Shown one piece after another: positions 47,414 through 57,710 of a stretch of 64,000 nucleotides of DNA (the first letter of the stretch is position 1; each line of letters opens with the position of its first letter). The stretch covers positions 896,001 through 960,000 of the forward strand of contig CAWCNY010000002.1 in the NCBI GenBank assembly GCA_963797095.1, in the 5' to 3' direction. The stretch is from an uncultured Chloroflexia bacterium. Its GTDB lineage: Bacteria; Chloroflexota; Chloroflexia; QHBQ01; JADMIH01. Below the pieces are notes generated by a model. That model saw nothing but the letters and a program-made list of their open reading frames with translations, was not told the DNA's origin and did not search any database. Position numbers and translations under genes: made by a program.

Positions 47414-48619
47414 ATGGCCGACACGCGCCCGCTCACTATCCTTTGCTTGGCGAGCTATTTCAAGGGCAACGCTTTCCTGCGGGAATGCAAGCGCCAGGGC
47501 TGCTCTACTCTCTTGCTGACAGTAGACAATCTGGAAGGGTCTCCGTGGGACTGGGAAAGCATTGACGAGTTCTTCCACGTTCCCGATCTCTTGAACCGGC
47601 AGTCTGTGACCAATACGGTTAGCTGGATTGCCCGCACCCATGAGATCGACCGCATCGTGCCGATGGACGATTACGACGTGGAGATGGCGGCCGGGGTACG
47701 CGAGCACCTGCGCGTGCCCGGCATGGGCGACACGACGGCACGTTACTTTCGCGATAAGCTTGCTATGCGCGTGCAGGCTCGTGACCGCTACATCCTGGTG
47801 CCGCCCTTCGTGCCGGTACTGAGCCACAGTCGTATAGCCGAGTTCATGGAGAGCACACCGCCGCCCTGGGTGTTGAAGCCTCGTTCGGAGGCTTCTGCTG
47901 CCGGGATCAGGCGGATTTACAACGCGGACGACCTGTGGCCGCAACTGGACGCGCTTGGCGATAGACAATCGCACTTCATCCTCGAAAAATACGTGCCGGG
48001 CGACGTGTACCACGTGGACGCGGTGACTTATGAGCGCGAAATCCTGTTCGCGGAGCCGCACCGTTACGGGTCGCCGCCCCTCAACGTGGCCCATGATGGG
48101 GGCATTTTCACCAGTATGACGCTTTCGAGGGATTCGGCTGATGTACAGACGCTTCTATCGCTGCACGGCGAGGTATTGCGCGCTCTCAACTTTGTACGAG
48201 GAGTGACCCACACCGAGTTCATCAAGAGCAACGAGGATGGCCGCTTTTACTTCCTGGAGACGGCGGCGCGCGTTGGCGGCGCGAACTTGATGGAGCTAAT
48301 CAAGGCCAGCACCGGGCTTGACCTGTGGGCAGAGTGGGCGAAGATAGAGATCGCGGGTGGGGAGCGCCCCTATGAGTTGCCGGATCACAGGCGAGATTAC
48401 GGCGGGATCATTATCTCGCTGGCGCGGCAGGAGTGGCCCGATATGAGCCAGTACAACGATCCTGAGATCGTGTGGCGGTTAGAAAAAGACCACCACGCGG
48501 GCCTGGTGGTGGCGTCGCCCGACTACGAGCGCGTGAATGCGCTGATCGAGTTGTATGTGCCGCGCTTCTACGCCGATTTCCACGCCGTGCAGCCGCCGCT
48601 TGAGAAGCCCTTGAGTTGA
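47414..48619 (+). CDS. ATP-grasp domain protein
   Basis: FRDKLAMR, VLKPRS, LEKYVPG, HTEF, FLETAARVGG. Confidence 0.87.
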   Translation: MADTRPLTILCLASYFKGNAFLRECKRQGCSTLLLTVDNLEGSPWDWESIDEFFHVPDLLNRQSVTNTVSWIARTHEIDRIVPMDDYDVEMAAGVREHLRVPGMGDTTARYFRDKLAMRVQARDRYILVPPFVPVLSHSRIAEFMESTPPPWVLKPRSEASAAGIRRIYNADDLWPQLDALGDRQSHFILEKYVPGDVYHVDAVTYEREILFAEPHRYGSPPLNVAHDGGIFTSMTLSRDSADVQTLLSLHGEVLRALNFVRGVTHTEFIKSNEDGRFYFLETAARVGGANLMELIKASTGLDLWAEWAKIEIAGGERPYELPDHRRDYGGIIISLARQEWPDMSQYNDPEIVWRLEKDHHAGLVVASPDYERVNALIELYVPRFYADFHAVQPPLEKPLS

Positions 48620-48625
48620 GAGAGA

Positions 48626-49318
48626 TCAGGCGGTTTGCTTCCTTGCGGACCGCACCACGCCCGACACGGGGCTTAGCGCAAGCCATTTTGGGAACGCCCT
48701 GGCAAGGCTAGGGGTGGCGTCCAGCTCGATGAGTTGGTTGCGCACAGCATCCGCGAATGCGATACGCCCCAACCATACTTCATAGCAGGCAGCGAGGTCG
48801 GCGGTCACCAGCACATCGGTATCGAAGCCGGGGTGCGTGAGGCACACCGACACATCGTCCCTCGCCAGTAGCATCCAGTAATTGCCTTCGCACGCGCCCC
48901 GAAAGTTGAACTCCACAACTACGCGGTGGTGCGGCAGGCGCTCGGTGTAAATACCCGCCCGCATCCACCAGAGGAGGAGGATCGGATCAAGCTCTGTGGA
49001 TCGCGGCTCGCCAAAAGCCCACCTTGCTCCCCATTCGATAAGGGTATCGACTACAGGCTTCAACTCTTTGCCTGCCTGGGTAAGGTGGTAGCTGGTGTCC
49101 CTCCCGTTGGGCGAAACGTGCCTCTCGATCACGCCTACCTGTTGCAAGCGCCGCAATCGCTCGGCCAGAAGCGATTTTGAGATGCCCGGCAGTCCACGCT
49201 CCAACTCGTTGAAGTGCTGGGAGCCATAGAGCATATCGCGAATGATCAGCAGCGTCCACCGGTCGCCCAGTATCTCCACCGCACGCGCACCTGGGCAGTA
49301 CTGTCCATATCCGTTCAT
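48626..49318 (-). CDS. HxlR-family winged-helix regulator with C-terminal SCP2-like domain
   Basis: YGQYCP.ARAVEILGDRWTLLI.R...FNEL..GLPGIS. Confidence 0.9.
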   Translation of the reverse strand: MNGYGQYCPGARAVEILGDRWTLLIIRDMLYGSQHFNELERGLPGISKSLLAERLRRLQQVGVIERHVSPNGRDTSYHLTQAGKELKPVVDTLIEWGARWAFGEPRSTELDPILLLWWMRAGIYTERLPHHRVVVEFNFRGACEGNYWMLLARDDVSVCLTHPGFDTDVLVTADLAACYEVWLGRIAFADAVRNQLIELDATPSLARAFPKWLALSPVSGVVRSARKQTA

Positions 49319-49351
49319 GGGTGCAGTATAACACAGGCGTGGCCGCCGCAT

Positions 49352-49368
49352 AGTCCATTTTTTGAACT
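49352..49368. promoter_or_regulatory. Putative HxlR-type operator
   Basis: AGTCCA-N5-TGAACT imperfect palindrome in the divergent intergenic region. Confidence 0.5.
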
Positions 49369-49453
49369 ATCGGAGTGGAGTCCTGTGCGCTATATTGTGT
49401 CCAGATCGGCTATGTGAGGGTGCGTCCTGAGAGTTGAGAAAGGAGTAGCGAAG

Positions 49454-50254
49454 ATGAGTGAAAGCAAGACCGGACAGGTTGTAGCCAGCGCCGCCGAGGT
49501 GTATGAGGATTTCTTTATTCCGGCGTTATTTGAGGAGTGGCCGCCTCGCGTTGCAGATGCGGCACACATTGGGCCGGGCCAGAGAGTGCTCGATGTGGCG
49601 TGCGGGACCGGGGTGCTTGCCCGCTATGTTGCAGGCCAGGTTGGACCTGATGGGTCGGTGATTGGCGTCGATATCAACGATGGTATGCTGGCCGTGGCGA
49701 GGCGAATCGCGCCTGAGATCGAGTGGAGGCATGGCGAGGCCGAGCAACTCCCATTTGCTGGCAATACTTTTGATGCTGTGGTCAGCCAGTTCGCGCTGAT
49801 GTTCTTCCGGGATAGGCAGGCAGCGATAAAGGAGATGGTACGTGTGTTGCGGCCAGGCGGTCATCTGGCGGTGGCTGTCTGGGACTTTATCGAGAACAGC
49901 CCAGGATACGCGGCTATGGCGAAGTTGTTGAGACGGCTGTTTGGTGAGCAGGCGGCGGATGCATTGCGGTTCCCCTATGTGTTGGGCGATATAGAGGTGG
50001 TACAGTCTTTGTTTGCCAATTCCGAGTTGCCTGATGTCGAGTTCGCGACTTATGAGGGTACTGCCCGGTTTCCTTCTATCGAGTCATGGGTATATACGGA
50101 TATCAGGGGATGGACGCTGGCGGATATGATCGATGCTGAGCAGTACGAGACGCTGCTTCGCGAGGCCAGACGCGAGTTGCGGCCTTTTGCTAATGAGGAG
50201 GGCAAGGTCGCGTTCAGTTCGCCCGCGCATATCATCAGCGCAACCAAAGTATGA
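49454..50254 (+). CDS. Class I SAM-dependent methyltransferase
   Basis: VLDVACGTG, GVDIN.GML, LPF...FDAV, RVLRPGG. Confidence 0.92.
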   Translation: MSESKTGQVVASAAEVYEDFFIPALFEEWPPRVADAAHIGPGQRVLDVACGTGVLARYVAGQVGPDGSVIGVDINDGMLAVARRIAPEIEWRHGEAEQLPFAGNTFDAVVSQFALMFFRDRQAAIKEMVRVLRPGGHLAVAVWDFIENSPGYAAMAKLLRRLFGEQAADALRFPYVLGDIEVVQSLFANSELPDVEFATYEGTARFPSIESWVYTDIRGWTLADMIDAEQYETLLREARRELRPFANEEGKVAFSSPAHIISATKV

Positions 50255-50305
50255 AATCCTACTTACCATTAGCGCCTCCAAAGCGCGTTGCCAATAGCTT
50301 AGTCC

Positions 50306-51469
50306 TCATAACATGGCCTGACCAATTTCCACCTGTTCTACAAATCCTCTCAAGGGTGCAACACCCTCAGCGTTCTCAATTGTCTCAAGCAATATCCGCC
50401 GAGCCCTCACTTGGCTCCTCTTCCTCTCGATTGCTTGCTTTATAGACTTGCATGTGTAGATCAATAGAAAGATTATGACCACAACCAGTAATATCAGGAA
50501 GAGAATAGCCATTAGGTTTGAAAACGCTTTTTGGGTCCATGCATCATACAGCAAGATAACAGCTAGCGCTAGTTCACCTAACGCACCCCACAATGTGAGG
50601 AATGCCGTCCATACAAAGACAGTAGCGGTAGTCTCTGGTTCTTTCTTCTCTGGGGGAACCTTAAGAGTTGAATTATAGATAATAGGCGCAAACACAATCA
50701 GCAACGCGAAGAAGATCCCCAGACCTGTAATTCCAGCTTTGGATATGATGCGTGAATTGTCCGACAGGAAAGCACTGCTAAGCTGAGTGGTAATGGTGGT
50801 TGCTATCGCCATATTGGTTGCCCAACTCTTTCCAAAATCCAAAGTGAGCGGTCCAGGGAGTTTCGTGCTATCAAGTGCCTCTCTCTTCTCTTTAGATGCC
50901 AAAGACACCGGCACAATAACAATGAAGCTGACAACAAGCGTAACAACCGCCACTATGAAGTCCGATAGGGAAGAGATCTGTGGGGGATCAGTTTTCGGGG
51001 TTGAGAGGCTTACAGCGCGCGACCCCGCCCCCAGCTTCGTCCCATCATCAGTCTTCCCTTCAACCAGCAGAAAACCTTTCTTAGCTGATGGTTTAGCTGT
51101 GAGGGTCAACGTCAGCACAAATGGTTTTTCTGAATATGAACTTATCATTGTATCTTCTGGATCTGCCAGGGAAAGTGAAGTTGTAACGATCCCTTTCTCA
51201 TCCGTCATGACAAGCGTGAACCGTATTCCGGATACGTCCGAAGCACTGGTGTTTTCCACAATTACACCTGCGGACCCTTGATACGATGTCTGTGCTGTCG
51301 CAGATAGGGAAACAGTTAGCTCACTGGAGTCCTTGAATCGTAATGCGGGTGTCGCTGTTCGCGCATAACCCTGACCGATTACGACGATAAAGTGGGTGAT
51401 GCCAAAAAGAAGCAAGGAGATGAGTACGAATGCTAATAATACTTTGGGGCGCATTTCTGATCTAGCCAT
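50306..51469 (-). CDS. Hypothetical membrane protein (N-terminal anchor, soluble domain, about 5 C-terminal TM helices), low GC
   Basis: Long ORF with hydrophobic segments; AT-richer than its neighbours; AAGG RBS. Confidence 0.6.
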   Translation of the reverse strand: MARSEMRPKVLLAFVLISLLLFGITHFIVVIGQGYARTATPALRFKDSSELTVSLSATAQTSYQGSAGVIVENTSASDVSGIRFTLVMTDEKGIVTTSLSLADPEDTMISSYSEKPFVLTLTLTAKPSAKKGFLLVEGKTDDGTKLGAGSRAVSLSTPKTDPPQISSLSDFIVAVVTLVVSFIVIVPVSLASKEKREALDSTKLPGPLTLDFGKSWATNMAIATTITTQLSSAFLSDNSRIISKAGITGLGIFFALLIVFAPIIYNSTLKVPPEKKEPETTATVFVWTAFLTLWGALGELALAVILLYDAWTQKAFSNLMAILFLILLVVVIIFLLIYTCKSIKQAIERKRSQVRARRILLETIENAEGVAPLRGFVEQVEIGQAML

Positions 51470-51694
51470 TTGCGGCCTTCCATTATCACACATGCGTAAG
51501 CATCATAGAACATAAAGTGGGCGCTTCTTGATGCGAAAACAAGCAGGAAATTGAGGCTGTGCTTAGCGCTGCAAATGCCGCCAACTAAGATGGCGTCAGC
51601 AAAACAACGAAATTATACTGCAGGTTGACTCCTCTTGCCTACTATCAAACTGACCATGTTGGAATTGCTTTCAATCATTACTCGGCGTTAGAGA

Positions 51695-53019
51695 GTTGGT
51701 GTATTATCTTTTCTGTAAATTGGGAAATGTGGACCGGCTGAGATAGACAGCAGGTCAGGGTGTATCCTTTGAGTTGCGAAACACCAAAAGGAGGGCACCC
51801 ATGACCTACCAGCCAGATTATACGTTATCGCAGGAACTGTTGGAACGTCTCAACGAAGAAGGATTAGACGCTTTACCAGAGATGATTCGAATCGTCATTA
51901 ACTCAGCTATGCAAGCTGAGCGGCTCAAATAGTTGGGTGTTGGTGCTCCTTACGAGCGCTCTGCGGAGCGGCAGGACCAGTCCAACGGTTACAAGCCAAA
52001 GACGCTCAAGACCAGAGTGGGTGAGATTACCTTCTCTGTGCCCCAGGTGCGACAGGGCGACTTCTACCCTGGAGCCCTGGAGAAGGGACTGCGCTCGGAG
52101 CGTGCTCTCACACTGGCGTTGGCAGAGATGTACGTGCAAGGGGTCTCGACGCGCAGAGTGGCAGCCATCACCGAGAAGCTATGCGGTACCCAGGTATCCA
52201 GTGCTGCAGTGAGCCGAGCTGCCTCCCAGTTGGACGAGGTGCTGGAAGGGTGGCGCAACCGACCGCTGGGGGAGTGTCCCTACCTTATCCTGGATGCCCG
52301 TTATGAGAAGGTGAGGCAGGACGGGCAGGTGAGAGACGCTGCAGTGCTGATTGGTATTGGCATCACCCGTGCAGGGCGACGGCAACTGCTGGGAGTATCG
52401 GTATCTTTGAGCGAGTATGAGGTGCATTGGCGCACCTTCCTGCAGAGCCTGGTATCGAGGGGGCTATCAGGAGTGAGGATGATAACATCCGACGCTCATG
52501 AGGGGCTGGGGGCAGCACGCAAGGCGGTATTCGGAGGAGTGCCCTGGCAGCGGTGCCAGTTTCATCTGCAGCAGAATGCCCAGGCTTATGTTCCCCGGCA
52601 GGAGATGAAAGCTGAGGTAGCCCAGGACATTAGAGCCATCTTCTCGGCATCATCATTGGAGCAGGCCAAACAGATGCTGGACAAAGCGGTTGCGAAGTAT
52701 GAGAAGAGCGCTGCTCGCCTATCGCACTGGCTGCAAAACAACATCTTGGAAGGGTTGACCGTCTTTGCCCTCCCACAATCACAGTGGCGATCCCTTCGCA
52801 CCACCAACGGGCTGGAACGCATCAACCAGGAGGTACGCCGGCGGACCAGAGTGGTGGGGATCTTCCCCAACGAGGCGAGTTGCCTGCGCTTGGTGACGGC
52901 AGTGCTGATGGAGATCAGCGACGAATGGGAGACAGGCCGAGCTTACATGACTTTTGACTACTGATTGACCAATTTAGAGGAACACCCTGACCAATTTACA
53001 GAAAAAGGCTTGCATAATC
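51695..53019 (+). mobile_element. IS256-family insertion sequence
   Basis: Imperfect terminal IRs sharing ttttctgtaaattgg / ccaatttacagaaaa; 8-bp target duplication GTTAGAGA at 51687-51694 and 53020-53027. Confidence 0.93.
51801..52964 (+). pseudogene. IS256 transposase with an in-frame TAG at 51930-51932
   Basis: ATG at 51801 with GGAGG RBS, in frame with NGYK...GVSTR...LDA...SDAH.GL...QRCQFH...TTN.LER.N.E. Confidence 0.9.
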
Positions 53020-53215
53020 GTTAGAGATTTCGTTGGCATTTTTTGAATATGGTCCCAAGAGCCACTACGTGTGGACGGTTCTGTTCAAAGGAAGAAGAAC
53101 TGGAAGTGCCTTCAACTCTCGGGGTTCGAAGAATGAGTATAAATACTTCCTTTGTAAAGTGTGTTATACTGGCTGTTTGGAAGCTGATAATCACTATCTG
53201 AGGAGAGGTTGTTTG

Positions 53216-53683
53216 ATGGAACGAACTCTGGTATTGCTGAAGCCGGACAGCGTGCAGCGCGGGCTGCTTGGAGAGATAATCGCTCGCTTCGAGCGCAAGG
53301 GTTTGAAGATAGTAGGGTTGAAGATGGCCGCGATCCCTGACGAGACCTGGAACGAGCATTACGCGCACCTGTCACATCTGCCCTTCTTCGGGGAGATCAA
53401 GGCGTTCATGATGCGCACGCCTGTGGTGGCCCTTTGCCTTGAGGGTGTGAATTGCGTGAACGTGGTGAGGCTGATGTGCGGGCCAACCAAGTCGTGGGAG
53501 GCCGCGCCCGGCACGATCAGGGGCGACTATGGGATGAGCATCCAGGCCAACCTCGTACACGCGTCCGATTCGGTGGAGACGGCGCAAGCCGAAGTACCGC
53601 GCTTCTTCAGCGACAGCGAGTTGTTCGATTACGACTTCCTTAAGCTGGGGTATCTGTACACGCAGAAAGAGCTTAGCGAGTAG
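53216..53683 (+). CDS. ndk: Nucleoside diphosphate kinase
   Basis: ERTLVLLKPDSVQRGL.GEII.RFE.KG, PGTIRGD, NLVHASDS. Confidence 0.97.
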   Translation: MERTLVLLKPDSVQRGLLGEIIARFERKGLKIVGLKMAAIPDETWNEHYAHLSHLPFFGEIKAFMMRTPVVALCLEGVNCVNVVRLMCGPTKSWEAAPGTIRGDYGMSIQANLVHASDSVETAQAEVPRFFSDSELFDYDFLKLGYLYTQKELSE

Positions 53684-53699
53684 TCACCCGGTTTAGAAC

Positions 53700-53734
53700 A
53701 AGCAAAAATGGCGGCCCCGCCGCCATTTTTGCTT
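53700..53734. terminator. Bidirectional terminator hairpin with the AAAATGGCGGC core
   Basis: aagcaaaaatggcggc/gccgccatttttgctt between convergent genes. Confidence 0.8.
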
Positions 53735-53777
53735 AGATACACCCTGTAGGTGACTGTGACTGCGACAGCCGAACCTG

Positions 53778-55298
53778 CTAGCGCTGGGCCGCGTCACAAC
53801 AGCCAGGGAAGAAGGCATTAGCCACTATCTTGCTCACCTGCCCGCGCGTGGCATTATCCGCCGAGCGGAAGTATGGTAGGTTGCCGGGCGACACACAAGG
53901 CTCTCCCGCCCCGCCGCACGGATAGCCGTTCACGATGCTCCGGCTCGATAGTCTCTCGATGAACTGGTAGAACGTGCTGCCTATCGGAACATCCTGGTAC
54001 GATTGGGTGGTATGGTTTTCGGTCCAGCCCTTCGCGTTTGCCACGATCTTGGAGATCTGCCCACGCGAGGCGTTATCATTAGGCCGGAAGTATGGTAGAT
54101 TGCCGGGCGACACACAAGGCTCTCCCCTCCCACCACATGGATAGCCATTGATGTAGCCGCGTGATGCCATCCTCTGGGTAAAGCTGTAGAAGGTGCTGCC
54201 GGGCTGCACATCCTGGAAAAGCTGGTTGCCGGGCGTGTCATTCCAGCCCGCCGAGTTGGACACCATTTTCGCCAATTGCCCTCTTGTGATCGGATTTCCA
54301 GGCCGGAAGGTGGTATCGCCATACCCGTTCACGATACCGTGACACGCCAGGTAGTAGATGAACTCGTAGTTGTAACTGCCGTACGGCACATCGCTGAACG
54401 AGCCGCAGAGCGAGGCATGAGGGCTGAAGAGGTCGGTATCTCCTACCGTAACACTGCCGTTGGCGGGCACGGTCAGGTTCCATTGTAGTCCCGCTCCCGA
54501 ATCATGGTCGGTAGTAATGATCGTATTGTTGAAGCCTGCGCCCGGAGCGGTAGTATCACCGATGGCAGCCCAGATGACGTTGTAGTAAGACTCTTCATGA
54601 GCGGCAGCGGGCACATTGGGCACGAATTGCTGGTAAAGCACCGTGCTATCGGTGCGCGTGAAATAATCGCCCACACCGCCTGTCGATGAATCGTAGTAGC
54701 CGAAGCCGGTGTCGCTACCGGCGGTATAGAGGTCGGCAGCATGGAACAGGGTGGCGGTTACGGGGGAACTTCCGCCCACCTGGGCCAACTGGAAGTCGAG
54801 ATGCACGAACTCGGCACCGTTCACATAGGTGGCGACCTGTGTGAGGCGCAAATCAGTGCTGGGCACCGACACCACGGTGGTGATCTTCCAGGGGTTGGAG
54901 GGCGAACCCGCCCCGCTCTTCGTGTTGCTCACGTTAGTGTAAGGGTTGGTATCGCGGCCTGCCGGCACATGCCCCGGCCCATATACCTTGGTTGTGCCTC
55001 CCACGTTTACCCACAGATACACGCCCTCCGCATCCTGCCCGTAGAATTGGTATTCGCTTGGGTTGCGGTAGCGGATATCCATCCGAGAGTTATCTTCTAC
55101 GGTGATGGTGAGGGGGAACCCGTAAACGATCTGGCTGCTCTCCGGAGATGACTGCTTGTCAGGTTGGGGCTTGATGAGCTGGTCGCCCTTCGATTGAGCG
55201 CTTGCGCTGCTTGCCGCCAGTAGCGCCAGGGCAGCCAGGCCCGTCAGAAAGAGGGCTACTATAGCCCGAATATTGCTGGGAGACTTTGCTTGATTCAT
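53778..55298 (-). CDS. Secreted beta-rich protein with three SLH domains
   Basis: Signal peptide; FSDVPYGS...FRPGNPITRGQ; GYPCGG.GEPC...PYFR repeats. Confidence 0.85.
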   Translation of the reverse strand: MNQAKSPSNIRAIVALFLTGLAALALLAASSASAQSKGDQLIKPQPDKQSSPESSQIVYGFPLTITVEDNSRMDIRYRNPSEYQFYGQDAEGVYLWVNVGGTTKVYGPGHVPAGRDTNPYTNVSNTKSGAGSPSNPWKITTVVSVPSTDLRLTQVATYVNGAEFVHLDFQLAQVGGSSPVTATLFHAADLYTAGSDTGFGYYDSSTGGVGDYFTRTDSTVLYQQFVPNVPAAAHEESYYNVIWAAIGDTTAPGAGFNNTIITTDHDSGAGLQWNLTVPANGSVTVGDTDLFSPHASLCGSFSDVPYGSYNYEFIYYLACHGIVNGYGDTTFRPGNPITRGQLAKMVSNSAGWNDTPGNQLFQDVQPGSTFYSFTQRMASRGYINGYPCGGRGEPCVSPGNLPYFRPNDNASRGQISKIVANAKGWTENHTTQSYQDVPIGSTFYQFIERLSSRSIVNGYPCGGAGEPCVSPGNLPYFRSADNATRGQVSKIVANAFFPGCCDAAQR

Positions 55299-55625
55299 GA
55301 TCGGTTTGCCCTTTCTTATGATAATGATCGTGCTGGTAACCATAGTCGCGGCGTGCATCTACGAGCATCAAGCCTGGCCGGAATGATCCTCGTCCTGCTA
55401 GCATTGTAGTGAAATTATCCCAGCTTAAGTAAACCTTTTTCAACAAAACGCGCTCTCCTCCATTCCGATTTGCGGAACACGCACCGCGTTCAACAGCCTG
55501 CCTATCTCACGGGAGCATGGTGTGCCGACATTTGGTATACTTGCCCCTGGCGACATTCATACGCTTGATTGTGCTGGTCCTGTACCCGTAATAGTGCGCC
55601 CGATCAGGGCAAAAGCTCTAGTAAT

Positions 55626-56363
55626 ATGAGCAAAGAGCAGGACAAAACAACAGCCGCAACCCCTACAAAACCCGAACCTGAAGACGACAAAGGCCTGGAG
55701 CGGCTGGTCTTTTTCAGCGATGCTGTCTTCGCAATCGCCATGACCCTCCTTGCCCTCGATATCCGGCTGCCGGGGCCGCCCCCAGACACCTCGGACGCCT
55801 CCATGCTCAACAGCCTGCTGGAAACAGGCCCCAAATACCTCGCCTACTTCATAAGTTTCGCGGCAATAGGCCTCTTCTGGATCGGACATAACAGGACGTT
55901 CAAGTACATCAAGTGGTACGACAATTCCCTGATATTCCTGAACCTGCTGCTGCTGATGTTCATCGGGTTCATGCCCTTCACCTCCAGTCTGCTCAGCGAC
56001 TACAGCAGCAGCCGGATCGTGCTGGTTGTCTATGCGCTTGAACTGACCGCTACGAGCATAGTATCAATACTGATCTGGTTGTACGCCGGTCGCAACGACC
56101 TGTTGATGAGAATTGGGCCTGATGGGCACCAGGCCCGCAGGAATCTCGGTGAAATTCTTTCTACTCCGATCAGCTTTGCGATTGCAGCTTTTGTTGCCTG
56201 GTGGTCGTATGCGCTTGCATGGGTGCTGTTGTGGGGTATTCTTATAGTCTCGGTAATTCACGCCATTCGCATCCGCGATTTGTCCCGGCCCCCCGATCGG
56301 CAACCAGGACAAAGCAAGCCCCCACAACAGCAAAGAAATAAGCTCGATAAGCCCGGCCCTTGA
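55626..56363 (+). CDS. TMEM175-family membrane protein (K+ channel-like)
   Basis: RLVFFSDAVFAIAMTLLALDI signature; ISF..IG.FW..H. Confidence 0.9.
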   Translation: MSKEQDKTTAATPTKPEPEDDKGLERLVFFSDAVFAIAMTLLALDIRLPGPPPDTSDASMLNSLLETGPKYLAYFISFAAIGLFWIGHNRTFKYIKWYDNSLIFLNLLLLMFIGFMPFTSSLLSDYSSSRIVLVVYALELTATSIVSILIWLYAGRNDLLMRIGPDGHQARRNLGEILSTPISFAIAAFVAWWSYALAWVLLWGILIVSVIHAIRIRDLSRPPDRQPGQSKPPQQQRNKLDKPGP

Positions 56364-56381
56364 AGATCGGATCGGGATACC

Positions 56382-56408
56382 TGTCACAAAACCACTTGTT
56401 TACCTGTC
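56382..56408 (+). promoter_or_regulatory. ECF41-type promoter
   Basis: TGTCACA-N16-TGTC, one mismatch to the ECF41 consensus TGTCACA-N16-CGTC, upstream of the oxidoreductase-sigma pair. Confidence 0.8.
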
Positions 56409-56442
56409 TCATCCATAGAAACAACTCTTATGAGGTGAGACA

Positions 56443-57690
56443 ATGGAAACACAACAAACACAACAAACAAACGTAAACCTAGTAGTGACTGGCGCGGGCT
56501 ACGCCGGGCTGCTCGCTACGGTGCGCCTCGCGGGCAAGCTGCGCCACCGCCCCATAAAGATCACGCTGATCAACGCCTCCAACACATTCGTTGAGCGGGT
56601 GCGACTTCATCAGTTCGTGGCAGGTAGGGCGCTCAAGCAGATTTCCCTACCCAAAATCCTGCAACGCACAGGGGTCGAATTCTTGCAAGGCTATGTAACC
56701 AGGATCGACCCGTCAAATCACACCTTGACCGTGCAAACAGAGGGCGGCACTCACACGGTAAGCTACGATTACTTGCTGTACGCCCTCGGCAGTAAGGCCG
56801 ACACAGACCCTGTGCCTGGTGTGCGCGACTACGCCTACACCCTCGCGGCTACCGGCCCGCTATCCGCCGAGAAGTTACGCGAGCGCCTCCTTGCCCTCAA
56901 TAGCACTGGTGGCAACATGGTGGTGTGCGGGGGTGGTGCCACAGGCATCGAAGCAGCAGCCGAGTTCGCAGGCACATTCCCCAACATCCAGGTGCACCTT
57001 GTCACGCGGGGCACGGTCGGGGCGATGTGGAAAGCGGGTGGCGAGACAGTCACCGAGTACATCCGGCACACGCTCGAAGAGTGGGGCGTGACCATCCACG
57101 ACCGCGCCAACGTGACCGAGGTGCGCGCCAACGAGGTTTGCACAGATGCGGGCGTGCTGGCGAGCGATATCACCCTGTGGACGGGCGGGTTTGTCGTACC
57201 GTCCCTGGCGCGAGAGGCAGGACTGACGGTGAATATGCGCGGCCAGGCTCTCATCGATCCATTCTTGCGCTCGATCTCGCACCCCGACATCTTTGTCGTT
57301 GGTGACTCTGCCCAGCCGGTCGAAGAACCCGGCGCACCGTTCCGGATGAGCGCGTTCATGGCGGTCGTCACGGGCGCTCACGGAGCCGATTGCCTGAGCG
57401 CCATTTTGCAGGGCAAAACGCCAAAGCCTCTCAGCTACGCTTTTGTTGGGCAGGGTATTGCTCTAGGCCCGCACAAGGCCATCGGCTTCCTCAACTACCC
57501 GGACGATAGGCCGCGTCACCCCTACTTTACCGGGCGCGCAGGCTACGAAGTACGCGAGTTCTTCGTCCGCTATCTTGCCAGCGTCGTACCATTCGAGACG
57601 CGATGGCCTGGCTTCTTCTTCTGGCTGGGCAAAGGTCGGTATGTGGCCTCCAAGCGCCACGCACAGCAAAAAGCCCAGCTCGATACCTGA
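56443..57690 (+). CDS. FAD-dependent oxidoreductase (NDH-2-like)
   Basis: GAGYAG, ERVRLHQ, YALGS, GGGATGIE, VGD. Confidence 0.9.
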   Translation: METQQTQQTNVNLVVTGAGYAGLLATVRLAGKLRHRPIKITLINASNTFVERVRLHQFVAGRALKQISLPKILQRTGVEFLQGYVTRIDPSNHTLTVQTEGGTHTVSYDYLLYALGSKADTDPVPGVRDYAYTLAATGPLSAEKLRERLLALNSTGGNMVVCGGGATGIEAAAEFAGTFPNIQVHLVTRGTVGAMWKAGGETVTEYIRHTLEEWGVTIHDRANVTEVRANEVCTDAGVLASDITLWTGGFVVPSLAREAGLTVNMRGQALIDPFLRSISHPDIFVVGDSAQPVEEPGAPFRMSAFMAVVTGAHGADCLSAILQGKTPKPLSYAFVGQGIALGPHKAIGFLNYPDDRPRHPYFTGRAGYEVREFFVRYLASVVPFETRWPGFFFWLGKGRYVASKRHAQQKAQLDT

Positions 57691-57710
57691 GAATCAATAT
57701 ATAGGCTAAA

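Noticed and set aside
51930-51932. Amber read-through (pyrrolysine or recoding)
   Set aside because: TAG is the normal stop of several genes here (for example gdh, tig, ndk); a nonsense mutation is simpler.
53033-53215. N-terminal extension of ndk in the ORF track
   Set aside because: An RBS and the canonical MERTL start lie at 53216; the upstream part is non-homologous.
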